64,000 nucleotides of DNA from Amphiscolops sp. MND2022 (lineage: Eukaryota): positions 14,260,001 to 14,324,000 of the forward strand of contig OZ076419.1 of assembly GCA_964187785.1 (NCBI GenBank), in the 5' to 3' direction. The number at the start of each line of letters is the position of its first letter. Positions within the stretch are counted from its first letter, which is position 1. The notes under the pieces are model-generated. The model was not told the DNA's origin and did not search any database. It saw only the letters and a list, made by a program, of their open reading frames with translations. Of this stretch, positions 13,646 through 26,744 are shown one piece after another. The translations under genes and the position numbers were made by a program.

Positions 13646-14214
13646 GATTTACATCAATTGTACTAGGCCAACACTCTATTCCAATGTTGCCAAACTACCC
13701 AAACAATCATAAATTGTCCTAATATATCATCGCACAGAATTTAGCAGGGTACTTGCATAGCTTCGGATTCTTTTCAGAATTATGTTCGAAGATGAGAAAC
13801 CAGCAAATGGAACTACTTTTGCTCTCAAGTCAACAAACACGAAAAAGTAATTTCTTTCTAAGACAGTAATCTAAAAAATTAGGGAGTTTTTAAGGCTTAG
13901 GTAATCTCGGAATTAAAATGTTAATACGAAGGATGTCTGGCTGAGTGTTATATATGAAATAGTCAAAAACAAATTTAGGTCTGAAAATTAGGAATGAAAT
14001 TTTGTCCCGCGAGAGATGTTGCATTACAAAGTTCTTAATTTTCAAAGTGACAGTCAGACCCACCCAGAAGCAAGTTAAAATGCGATTTGGTCATCAAGTG
14101 AATCTTTTTCGTTCATCTTCACTACTGAAGTGCTGTACAGTGTGCAAGGAACATATACGTGAAGTTTTGTTAATTTTCCAAACAAATGCTTATAACAATT
14201 AACCTTCACATCAC

Positions 14215-14467
14215 CAAAGGTCGTTCGTGGTGCGGGCCTTCTGATTACTTCCGAGGTATACTCGGATCTGATCAGTAAAACGAGAAAACCACAAAAAGGT
14301 CGTTCAAGCTGCGGGCCGACATTCCCGTGAGGGGTGTTGAAACGAGAATACCGGTTTCTGAAGTTATCACAAGGTTACAGGGCATATAATTGGGTTGACC
14401 AGGCGACCGGGTAGGCCTGGCACGCTTTCCGGCACCGTGTTTCCTGAAGCTGCTGAGATAGGTAAGT
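14215..14467 (+). promoter_or_regulatory. GC-richer island: putative promoter and non-coding first exon of SGNH gene 2
   Basis: Two imperfect repeats (aaaggtcgttc....tgcgggcc; aaacgagaa), TATAAT at 14385, consensus donor G|GTAAGT at 14462, and acceptor tttgtag at 15191-15197 six nt before the ATG at 15204. Confidence 0.35.
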
Positions 14468-15203
14468 AGATTTACGAGGAGTCATTTTGGTATATAGTTA
14501 AATATACTTTTTCACTAAGTTAATTTATCTTGGGGTTAACTATTCGCAGATGTTTCATTTTACTTTTATTTTTTCTCTCACGGCGTTTAACATTACGAAG
14601 TTTCAATTTTTTCTCATCATACCATTGTTACACAATTACGAAATATCTAATTAAATGATACCAATTGGTTTTTGCTCATGGGGATCAGTGCTTCTATTTG
14701 AAAAATTCATGCCTGTCTTTAACAGTTCCCAAGAGTCATAAAAGTAAAATTTTGTTTGGATAAACAACTTTTGTGTTTATACAGGTGGCTCAGTGTTTCA
14801 AAGTCGCGAACAGAACGGTGATTCGAAGTCATTGGCAGATGCCAAAGTGCTCATAAAGAGCAGTTTATATATACTGCTCATTTAATGCATCATATACAGT
14901 TATGATATATGTTACCTTCGTTAAATTTTAATAGTACTTGAAAAAGATACTGTTACTCACTCTATCGTCTTTTGTTTTCCTGCTCTAATCAGTATAGAGA
15001 GTTTAAATTGTCGTTAAACGGAAAAAACTATCATCAATTCTAGAAGTTCCCTCAAAATTCAGTAGTAACCTTTTTATTTACGTTCGGCTTCTTCCACGTT
15101 ATTAGTTGACTTTAATCATCGACGCAATTTTCGGTATCTATTTTATGATTTCATCGACTTCAAACAATCCATTCACTTACAGTAATTAGTTTTGTAGATA
15201 GCC

Positions 15204-16072
15204 ATGTCAACTTCAAAACTTATGCTCATCAGCCACTCCATCGCGCGAAACGTTGTCTTGCCCCAAACAAAAATAGAATCCTTCAGTGGTGCCCGTGCTG
15301 GTGACGAGAGGCTTCATCGGTGCATCAGTGAGTGGCACGTTAGGAGACACCAACAAGGAATCCTCTCCCTAGGAGGCAATGGTTTAAAAGAATGGAGTGG
15401 TAGACCGGCCGACACGCCGAAGAAGGTAATATTTTGAAAAAAATTCTAATAATTGTTTCCTTTTTCATAAACTTCCGGTAAAGGATAACAGTTTCTGAGC
15501 TTTCAACTATTGCAAGTTTTTATGCAATAAAAATTTTGCTCTCCCATAACAGGCTTTGATTGAACTCTGGGTGGCACTTTGTGTCTACCTATGATGGGTT
15601 CAGTCACGGCCACAATCGCTGATATTTTAAAATTGAGGTTATTTTTTGTCTTGACTTAGATAGAACTCTAGGTGGCTTATTGTGTCAACCCACGAAAAGT
15701 TCAATCCCAATTTCATTCTCTGTTATTTCCACTCACCTGTCTAATTGATTGTTTGCTTCAAGTCAGCGAACACATTTTCTCTCTAGTGAGAATTTTGAGT
15801 GTCAAAGTTGATTTTGTCCATGTGATAGCCGTAGTTAGGCGAAAAGATGAGGAGTTTCCTGAATTAAAAACAAGCCCACATTCAAGCGATCAACAAATTC
15901 TTACAAAAATGCCAGAATTTTTGACTACAATTACCATGGAGTGGGCTCTAAGTTAAATTCTTGTACGATATTGAAAGAGGATGGAGTCCACTTGACGAAG
16001 AATGGAGTGTATAATTTTCAAGCATTGATTAGAGCAAAAATTAGCAAAATTTATCACAATTTCATTGAATGA
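15204..16072 (+). pseudogene. SGNH/GDSL hydrolase pseudogene 2, copy A (interrupted)
   Basis: Block I-like MLISHSI, block II SFSGA, block III LSLGGNG, ITVSEL in a shifted frame, then after a non-coding interruption ...CTILKEDGVHLTKNGVYNFQALIRAKISKIYHNFIE* (block V DGVH; TGA 16070-16072). Confidence 0.7.
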
Positions 16073-16699
16073 CTTTTGTTTCTGTTTTCATTAACCTGTC
16101 ATTTTATACATTGTGAGTTTTAACTGATCAACCTTTTTAGCATTTATATTGTGAATTGTGGTTTATGATGAATTTCATTTGGGTTGTTTTAGACCTGTAA
16201 TTTTATACAATGTTGATTTTTAACTGATAGCCCTTTTTAGCATTCATACTGGGAAATTATGATTTATGTTGAATTCATTTGCATTGTTTTTAGCCCTTTC
16301 ATTGTTTAAGTGGGATGGTACTGATTTATTGTTAAAGTTCCAATCAGTCACTTTGTATTTTAAAATGACTGTTTTTTAATTCACTATTCCATCATCAAGT
16401 TTCTCAATGTTTTCTACTCAGTCGTTGCCAAGTTCTCCATCAAACAATTTTCGAACTTTGAAAGCAAATTCTCAGTTTTTAAACATTTTCGTTCACGTAT
16501 ACTTGAAGCTTTTATGATGATAAACCATGGAAATCTTTATTTCATGGCCGTTATGAAGGAAAAATATCATTTTTATACTTTTGGAAGGCTATTCGGGATG
16601 AAATGGAGCCCTAGTATGTCTTCGGACAGTGTAAAATGAAAGTTTTGGTGTGGAAAGAGCAATCTGAAGTAACCGTTATTCTGTTTCGGAAGTCACTGT

Positions 16700-16960
16700 A
16701 ATAGCGAAAACGACCGTTATGTAGTGAAAAGTCCAATTTTATTAATTTCGATAGGCTCTTCAGGCCAGGAAGTAACTGCAATAGATCTTTAATCACTACA
16801 TGATGGATGTGGTGTTGTGAAATTATCATACGGAATTGACTCTTATAAAGCTCCTGAAGTTGCTCCGGCTGAGGAAGTTTCTGATATTTGGCTATCTTTT
16901 TTGTTTTTGTTCGAGAAAACATGTAATTTCATCAAACCAAAGTTCATTCACTGTTTTTAG
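16700..16960 (+). pseudogene. Possible decayed protein-kinase fragment
   Basis: One + frame reads ...TAIDL*SLHDGCGVVKLSYGIDSYKAPEVAPAEEVSDIWLS..., resembling kinase subdomains VII-IX (Y-x-APE, SDIW). No intact HRD or DFG. Confidence 0.3.
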
Positions 16961-19900
16961 AAAGCTTAACTGTGTTTACGATGTATGTTGCTTTTTTTCC
17001 TTGTTATTTTGATGATACAAAAAATTGAACCATCCGGTCAAACATAAGAGTGGGATTTCATGATGGAACTGAATGGCACTGTTGAGTTTGAATTATTTTT
17101 TTTGTAATAATTTCACAAAACAAAATTATAACTTTCGAAACAACACGGTATTTGCTAATTCATGAAATAGTTTATGCTTTTAGTTCAATGTGAAAACTAA
17201 TGTTTTGTGTTAAAAGTGAAACTAATATGCGGCTAAATTATGTTGACTTCAATACTTTTCCAGAATATCATTCACTAGTGATTGATTACTTGTTTGTGGT
17301 GGTTGATTCAGAACGAACTTATTGGAAATTAAAAAAACCTCCGAAAAGAAGAAACAATTTACCGCAATGGTCAATTAACAATGATAAAGCTTGATCATGA
17401 ATTTTTCCGAAATATTGAAAACCAGAATTTTACTTATGCTAAGTTTTTCTTTAATTCAAAATACACACATCATGATGAATGATAATTATTCATATGTACT
17501 TTAAATATTGTGGTAACACATCATATTTGTTTATATCTGCAATCGTATTGGTTTCAGAATTAGGATGAGAATGTCAAGTATATAAAAAAATCTTAAATTC
17601 TATTTTATAAATGTTTATAATAATAAATCCTAATTTAATTTAATAATGATACTTTGTAAAATTAAAACTTTATATATTAATCAACATTCGTCAGTGGAAC
17701 ATAAATCTTCGAAGATGAGATTGGGTAACAGACGAAAAACTTTCAATATAAAACGTTTTCGTTGTAAAGAAAAAAATGATGCAACCTGATTCTCTTGCAA
17801 AAACATTTAATATTGTTGCATAATGTTTCATTTGATCGAGCTATTGAATTTATCATAAATTTACTTAGTATAGCTTCTGTTTTCCAGCATCACTTTGTCA
17901 AGAATCATCAAACAAATGGCTACAACTAAAATTTTTCTGAAAAAAAAACATGAGTAAAAATTTTGTAAATGCGAATGCTGAAAAAGTGAAAGGGAGAGAA
18001 GTAATGAAAGAAGGTGCAAAAGACAAGTTTCTTACTGTGGTTATGAGGTCGAAAAGTTAAAAGTTGGAGGTAAATTTCGTGAAAAAAATGACTGCTATCT
18101 ATTCGCAGAGGGTCTTTTGGATAAAATGAAATTGAAACCTGCAAAAAGTACTGTCGCAGCATTCAAGCAACCTTGGATATATTTCAATTTTAAAACAAGG
18201 AAAGTTAAATGTTTACTGAAAATTCGTTCAAAACCATTACTTTTTACACATAAAATATGCTTCACAGGATGCGAAAGAATGCAGGAATAGCTGGCATGTA
18301 ACCAAGAAATAAACGAAAAGAATGATGTTTATGTAACCAATTTTCAAAAAACACATAGCATCTTTTATTAATGGTTGTAACCAAGCCTTCAAACAACCAA
18401 CCCTTTTTTCGACCCCAAACCCAGCGACTCGACTCATCCAACCAGACAGTTCACTGCCAAAGACTCAAAGACACAACCGCACCACGACATTTTCATTTAA
18501 AAAAGACCAAAGAAGTAACCATGTATCGATTCCAACTTTAATTTGACTTTTACGTTAAACTCTGGAAATACAATTACTAATTAATGTTTTTGTTTTTGAC
18601 AAGTTTAGGATTGACTTGCAGTTGAGACTTTTAAAAGCATAACATTTTTATTTCCAAACTCGAAAAATTTTGTTTAAATGGAATTTAATGTGAATTTTAT
18701 TTTTTTTCGGAATAACAACTTCTTGTTATGATTTTAAATAAAGTCTCTCAGGTACGTGGCAACAGTGTATCCTGATTTCAGCGGGTTCTTCAACAATCAC
18801 ATTTGGATCAGACGTCACAACCTAACACTTTCAAAAGGTAATTGATCATGATTGGATTTGCACATCGATCAAATGAAACATTAGGAAACAAAAAATATCA
18901 AACATTTTGCTGAGACATTCATGATGTCAAAGTTCTGCGTATTGAAAACGGTTAAATATGATGAAATGAAAATACTATCTGGATGTATTTGGATATATAT
19001 CTATAATTCGTTTTTGAATTACATCTAAATTGTAATCTTGCATTTTTTATCTATGGATTTTTATGAATATCATCTTTTTGAAAAAATCAAAACGAATGTA
19101 ACATATTTTCCCGTTAAAAGACGCCTTTTAAATTCACTGCATTTTCAGTCAATCAAGAATATTTCCCAGAGATTGGAATTGTTCAATTTATCGAAAAAAT
19201 TGATAATTGTTTTATGCATGAGGCCTGATTAATAACTATTTTGTTACAAATTAAACATAATTAATTTAAAAAAGGCCAAAATATAAAAAGTATTCCAAAA
19301 CAATATTATAAGGGGGCTTTTTTGAAGGTTGACTAAATATATAAAAAATTATTAATTAATATAAAAAATGGTGAAGGGATGAACAATGGTTAAAATACGG
19401 CTCATCAAGAGTTAGCTTGCTGCGTTATACGGAAGGCCCTCCTGATGAAGCTATGTCCCCTTTTTTTAGTGGGTAACCTATGCTCAATTTTTTTTCAAGC
19501 AATTTTTCCCAGCTTTAAGTTCCCAACTTTGTCTTTATTCTTCATCGACAAACATGAAGTTGAATATTTATTTTTTCCATTCTTGATATCATAAATTTTC
19601 GAAATGTAAGCTATCATAAAAAAATGTTTTTCCATGCTTTTGTAACTGAACAACATCCGAACAACTATCGATGTTCATACGGAAAGAAACCGACAAGCTC
19701 ATGTCATTTTTAAAAGTTTTTTCAAAATAAACTAATTTTGATACAACAGTTGTTTAGCTACTTGCAACTTTGAATAATTTCAATACTCCATAATGAGTTT
19801 ATAAATTTTATGTATAAAAATTTATATGTAATTTAGAATATTCATACACACTTTCTCATTTCCTTTGATAGCTTTACGTCCTGGCGTTATTAGTGATATA

Positions 19901-22900
19901 TTCACCGTTTGATCATCACTATTGTTCGCTTATTCATGATTGTATTTTGCAAAAAAACTTAATGCCCATAAGTTATGTATTACCATTCATATTTTTTCAC
20001 GGATCAACCATCACGAAACCTATTTCAGCCACTCGTATATGATTTTTTGAAATGGAATCATAATCACCTTTTTTTCCGTCGAGTGTTAGATAATTTTTGT
20101 AAAACATATCAAATGAATTTTCAACATATCAAAACATTTCCAAAAAAATATAATTTCTCAAATTTTCAAAGTTGCCATTATCTATTGATTCTAAACTCGT
20201 AGTTTTTCATTAACACATTCATACAAAAATTGATTTCATCTGTAAAGATGAATTTGAGCTACAAAAATTTTTCTGTAGCATGTCATCCCTATCTGTTTGA
20301 TCTGAATGGTTAATTTTTTGTATTTTTAAGATGACAAGGAGGAAAAAAATGTAACAGAGACCCTTCAACGGGGCGATTCTCTGTCGGACTCGATCGCCGA
20401 TATCTGTTGATTATGATGAGCTAGTTCATTACACAATCAGAAATCTTAGAAGACGTTTCTCCCGCTGCAAATAAAGATGATGTTATTGATACAGTAAATT
20501 ACAATTTTGCTGAATCATCTATTGATCATTGCCAAGATCCTCAAGTCGGTTCCAATGATTCAGAGGAAAGCATCGTATCAGAAGTCAATAATAACAATCA
20601 AGAGGGCCAAAATCTAAATCTTTCGGTCGGACTGGTAAGACATTGGTAAGAAATTGGTAAGACAATGAAGAGGATGTTATCAATCAATTGGAAACAACTC
20701 TACTTAATTTCAACAATTCTATTGTCCTTGACAACGATTGTAGACGTGCAAAATGTTATCGACAGACAACAGAAGATTATCCAAAGAATTTTGTTCATGT
20801 CAACACAACTAATTTACCTAATCGCAAGTTTGGAAGAAACATAAATCTGAAAACTACATCAAAATTGTGTTAACACTGTATCTATTACCATACCAAATCT
20901 TGTTGGAAGTATTCTTGGCCATCAGTTTTGTATACTTTCTTCGATGGTTCAAAGTTTTCGTGCAACGGACATTACTTCTTTTCGCTTTTCCCAAAGTCTC
21001 TTACAGATAGTTGGAAAACTTTTGCAGAGCAATTGTGACATCACAGCATGAGTTCTTTACCGTTATTCGAAGACCAAGGTGTTATTGAATCAAAATTTAA
21101 CGAAATGTTGCAATCCCTTAAAGGCTCCAATATAAAATACAAATTGTGTCAGTTTACCTTTCCATTCATTGAATGTCCTGTTGGATGCAGTGTTCTGATA
21201 ACAGAGGTTGGAAAAGTAAGTTTTGTTCATTTACTGAATCATTCGTTTAACAACGTCAAAGCATTTTGTGCAAACAAAGTTCATTTGAGAGGTATGCAAC
21301 AGGATTGGGTAAACAGTACACTTTATTTGGATACTTATTTGTGTTCACCGTCTCTCATCATTGACGAGAATGGTTTATCACTTGCAACATGTTTCATTGA
21401 TGACAAAAGTATCAACAAGAAAATCATTCATTTGGCTTGGTCGCCTTTTGGAACCTTGACGCATCCTCATTGTGACCGATTAGCTCCTTTAGCCACAAAA
21501 ATAGAGGTTATTTACCATCAAAAACTGTGGAGGTTTCGAATGGCTTCACAATATCCACAAGTGTTGGAGGTCAAGCTGGTATAAGTAGTCTCCAAATAAC
21601 CAATATCAGAAGTTTCAATGTTAAAAGCGAACTGTTTATTACCACTGACTGAGCCGTTAATTTATCAATTGAGAGAACACATTCGCAATGTAGCAATCTT
21701 AACCACTCTTCTATAAACCACGATTTCCTTGAAGATCTTCGAGATGAAAGTGCTGTTACCGCCAAAGAACTAATTGAACAATTTACTTGTACCGCCAACA
21801 ATCACACAATGTTTTCAATGCTGTCAGTTAAAAAGTCTCTGGAAGAGAACAACGATGTAAACAAGGTAATACCGTGTTCGTTGCTGATATGTCACAACAA
21901 CAACAAACAAGGAGCTGAACCTGTATTCCCAACATCAAAATCTTTTCGTCGAAGAATATCTTTGTTTGTCATTACAACTTGGTTCGTTAATTTTGAGATA
22001 TTCGGTTATTTGAGTTCGCTTGATGACAAATTCTTCAACGGTATTTATAAAAATTCAAATATAAAGGATGCACAGAAAACGGTAAAAGAAGTTTAAAAGA
22101 GTTTGAGACAACATTTCAACATTGGAAATACGATAGTTTTGAATTACGATTTGCTGGCACAACTTTTGGATAGAAAGGAGAATTGTCAGGTTGTTTATTG
22201 TCCTTCACGTTGTCTGATTGATGGGTCCGATTTCCCAATAATAAACAGCTCATATAACATTGTTTATGCAGTTTGTGTTTTGTGTTCTGAAAAAAGAGGT
22301 TACGATATTCCTGGAAAAATCTTTATTTATGGCTCCGATTTCAAGTTGATTCATGTATTCTCTTCAGACAACGGAATACAAATTATTCGTTATGAAAGCT
22401 GTTACAATGACTGGTGGATTTATGCACCGGAAAGTGTTTTGAAAAAAAAAACAAAACAAATTTGTGGACATCAGTTAGAAAGAAGTTGGCAAGTTCTGTT
22501 TTATTTGACTGATTACACCTGTATTAAACAAACAGTTATTTCTACATTATTTCTAAGTCGTCAAAATAAAGCTGCTCGAGACGACCACAAGAAGTTTTTG
22601 TCTGCAGACATAATTGAAACACCTTTCAAACGTTCATTATCAGAATGCCAACGGAAATCAGCATTCAGGTGTCCAATCAAGATTTGTGAAACTTGTATAT
22701 GTAAATTTCACTTGAGTCAACTCGACAACAACATCGAAACTTGTTTTTTTTGCATTCCAACAATGAATTCAATTCAATTGATTTCTCTGAAACTGAATTA
22801 CTCACAAGCAACTATTCAACTTCTGGTATTGACATGGATTTCCCAATTGAAATTCAAGCAATCGAAGAAACTGAGTATTTTAAAGATTTCTCATCGCAAA

Positions 22901-23344
22901 CAGAAACAACATCCAACCTACCAACAGTCGAAGTTAATTTGAATACTGATAAAATACCATTTCACTTTTTCTTTAATCAAAGTCTCCAAATTTTCCGCCG
23001 TTTGAAAAAAGTACCAATTATTTCAGAGTATGTCCAACGATTCTTTCAAAATTTTGCAGCAGCCCAGCTGCATCATAGTGTCTTTATTTCAACCTGAATC
23101 TCTTCTTTGTCCATCACTGTTTCTGAAACAAAATCATGACAGTTCTTTTGATATTGCCAAACCTTATTATCTTCATGGTGACATTATTGCTAAGGCCAAA
23201 TTGAGGTTCGCAAGTTTCTACAATGTGTACTGTCGAATCAACAATCTTGAATTAGCTGTCAGTGCGAATGTCAAACATTTGTATTATCTTGTTGATGCAC
23301 TTTTGAATATCAACCTTCATAAATCATTAACTTGTAAATACTTC

Positions 23345-24500
23345 AAACGAGGTATACAGAATATTGAAGTAAAAGGAGAAAAAATTAACAAATCAATTGT
23401 ACAGTCCAACACAATATCCATTACAGATTCGGAGAAAAACGTAAAGGAATTAGCTCGAGCAATAACCTACAAAGGCCCTTCAGTTTTCTTAACTATTACC
23501 TTGAACATGACGAAACATCCAGGAACAGCAACGCTAATCAGAACTATTGGCACCCTCTTTCTAGACAAAACATTGGAAGAATACAAAGCAGCTATGCAGA
23601 CCTTCATGCCTGTAATTATGAGAATCTGGAATTTAACGGTTCAGGTTCTATTAAATTATCTGATTAAATCACCTGCACATTTGCTTGGAAATATAGATTA
23701 TTGGGGTAGGGTTGAGTTCCAGAAAAACAGCGGCAACTCACTACCATTTTCTACTGTGGCTGAAAGATTCAATGAATGATATACAACAAATATTGCATCT
23801 ACAAGAAAGAACCTAGCAGCTGCATTTACAGACATACTGGTATCAAATTTTAAAATAATGAAAGATGAAGATGATCTAGAGACTATTTATAATTTATGTT
23901 TACGAGTTCGTACACAAGATTGTTCAAAACAATCCAATAGATGCAAAATAAAACGAGACCATCAAGGTTATGCCATCTGCCGTTTTCCTCCTTATCAGCA
24001 GTCAAATGTTTTTTGGTTGAAAGATATAACAATTTCATTTAGAAAAAAAACGTTCGTGCTGCTAGAAGAACACGAACGCGCAAAATCGATTGATGACTTT
24101 TCATTTGAACTTGACGGATCTTTGCTTCCAAATAAAGTTTCTTCCCGCCGACAGGGGTTGTCATTTGATGCCAACTTGTCCTGGATTATTCACAATTACA
24201 AATTCAAGTACCAATGTTTTACTCAATACAAAAATTTACAGTTCACGTTATTTGAACAAATATGCTGCAGGAAAAGAAGAAGTGTTTATGCTTCTGTACA
24301 GACAGGTTGATCAAATAAAACGTGGAATGTGGTACAAGATGAAAATAAAACCGTGAAAACAACTGGAAACGAAGTACGTCTCGTGGCACGGAAATATAAA
24401 CAAAGGCAAAGAAAAGAAATAAAAGCTGTAACAGTATCACAGACCGAACAAATTTGGTGGCCTTTAAAACTACCTAGCCTATTGACTTCTTTTGATTCAA
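23345..24500 (+). pseudogene. E2 HUH Rep core a
   Basis: KRGIQNI..., motif 1 GPSVFLTITLNMTKHPG, GRVEFQKNSGN then frameshift to THYHFLLW, C...RC...CRFPPY, RYLNKYAAG, QIWWPLKLP. Confidence 0.85.
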
Positions 24501-24525
24501 TCTTGTTCCATCGATTGCAATGGAA

Positions 24526-25620
24526 AAACGCGGTGGAATAATGAAGAGATATCAACAAAGTGCGCATTACATCACGCAATGTATTTCAGTCAGCGATAAT
24601 CAAAGAAAAAAAATAGCTTATTCTTGGATGTTTTTCCATATTCAATGTTATGCAGAACATTGAGGAGTGTTTTTTTAAACAAATTTAGTGAGAACTATAG
24701 AGCGGCTTTACAATTTTATATGCCTGTTATATTGCGTATGTGGATTATGACTGTTGATCGTCTGGTTGATTATCTTTTACGATCGCCTGAAAAAATGTTG
24801 GGTGAAAAATTGGACATTTGGGGTAGATGCAAAAAAGACACTTTAATTGAGAATGTACCACAATATCACTTCCTTTTGTGGCTGAAACTTCAATGTAAAA
24901 GTTAGAAATAATGGTTGCTTCCACTTGTAGACATTTACAATTCCATTTCGATAATTTATTTACATCCAATTTTGAACTAATCAAAGATGAATAAGACTTG
25001 CATCAATTTCCACCGACTTCATTAACATTCACACTCACGACGGTCACAAAAATAAAAGTAGCTGTTTCCGGAAAAGATCTTCTGATGGTCAACTTATCTG
25101 TAGATTTCCACCTTACCAAGCAGCAAACACTGTTTGGTTGAAAACGATACCTCAAAACTTTTCAGCAGAAATTGTTGAAATTCTCCAAAAGCTCCAGTTG
25201 GTGAATACAAACTCCGATGATTTTGAAATTGATATAGATCCTGTTATAAAATGCTCTAAATATTCCTATGCTGCGGAACCTGGAAAACATATCATGCCCA
25301 ATTCACCCACTTTGTTTGCCCTCACTCAATCGAGCGGAAACATTTTGTTTATTACTGAAAATTTCAGTTCAAAATACTTGAACAAGTACGCTGCGGGCAA
25401 ACAGGAGCACCCGGATGTTTAATTAAATCAGGTTCCAGCGCGAATTCCATCAGAGTTGAGGTCGGTGGTATTGAAAATCGGAAAATAAGTGTAGCTTCCA
25501 TACAATACGAGAAGGACAAACTTAACAGAAGATCTACTGCGGGAATCAGTGCACTACACCTTGCCAAAACAGAATTTATTTTGTGGGCTTTGAAGCTACC
25601 ATGTATTATTACTACATTCT
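24526..25620 (+). pseudogene. E2 HUH Rep core b (diverged second copy)
   Basis: KRGG...ISVSD, FLNKFSENYRAALQFYMPVILRMW, IWGR...PQYHFLLW, HTHD...CFRK...CRFPPY, KYLNKYAAG, LWALKLP. Same motif order as core a. Confidence 0.8.
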
Positions 25621-26744
25621 GTTTTGTGCGTGTTCCATCCGTGCCATCGGAATTTCGAGGTGCCTTTAAATTATTGTCAAATAAACGGTTGACTGAAGGA
25701 ACTCAGGTTTCAATTCTTAATATTCTTGACATTCATATAAATGAAAAATTTACAACAAACCAAAAATTATATATTCAAGATTATTTAAATTCTAACCTTT
25801 CTTTGGACACGGTTACATGTTTCTCTTTACGGCCTCCATTATTGCTCGTTGTTCGGAAACTGATAGATTACTTTTCCCATTTATTTTTCCTTCGAAAAGT
25901 CGAACGTGATGATCTTACACAGGAGTTATCAAAAACACCACAGCCTTGGATTGATGGTTCATTTTCTATAGTTAAAATTCGTTACCATTCATTCCCATTT
26001 ATAAATGACCTTCTGACAATGTTTTTGGATCGTGGTTACTCATCTCCTGCAATACTTGAACCGAAGTTTATCCTGGATCACATTCATTTTCCAATATATT
26101 TCGATACCTTCGTTTCAAAGAACCTTCAATTATCGAAATCTCCCCTGTAGTTGTTTTCGCATCAGTGTATCCCCAGCATTCTTTTAAATTTTTACTTCAT
26201 CTACTATATTCTATGGGTGAGTTCGATAAAGAAAATGAATTACTTCAAGGACGTACACTAGAAGATTGTTTTGTTAGAGCAAAACTTTTACCTTATGAAC
26301 AACTTGATGAATCCCATGCCTGTGATATCGTGAAAAAAAGTAGTGGAACAGCTAAAATATTTACCTGGTGGAACAGTTTCGTTTTCAAACAGATTGATTT
26401 GTGCTTACGAAGCTATTACTTCTTTAATCTTGAAAGATAGTTGGGATAAGAAGTCATATCCTTGTGTTTTGATGTCTACATTAACGTACAAGTCAGAAAT
26501 TGAGATCTCTCAATGTATCAAGACTGTACGAATCATATATTTCGAGCGGTTAAACCCCCCAATCTTAGCAATTTACTAGCCACTTTAATAAGTACAGACC
26601 GTTTATGGATTCCGAAATTAATCAAGTTTGATGTACAAACTACTGAATCTTTCGAACAACAGACAGCAGTTATCAACAAAATAATCGGAGAGGTGAAAAA
26701 AATTAGGACGAAACAAAAGAATATCGAAGAAACACATAAATTTA

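Larger units (their letters stand above)
1..16544 (+). repeat. Copy A of a near-identical direct duplication of at least 16.5 kb (open at left edge)
   Basis: Position 1 (gctatttgagtaaagacc) recurs at 29810. The copies stay colinear until ...aaatctttatttca|tgg (16544) vs ...aaatcttttttca|gag (46352). Only scattered SNPs and small indels; the ORF track is duplicated at about +29.8 kb. Confidence 0.97.

Noticed and set aside
12400-14200. Canonical Helitron termini (5' TC; 3' hairpin plus CTRR)
   Set aside because: No convincing hairpin-CTRR end was found after any element, so boundaries are given as coding extents only.
14391-14399. Inverted half-site (tgggttgac) of the E3 upstream repeat
   Set aside because: Only 9 bp match and the rest of the motif is absent; could be chance.
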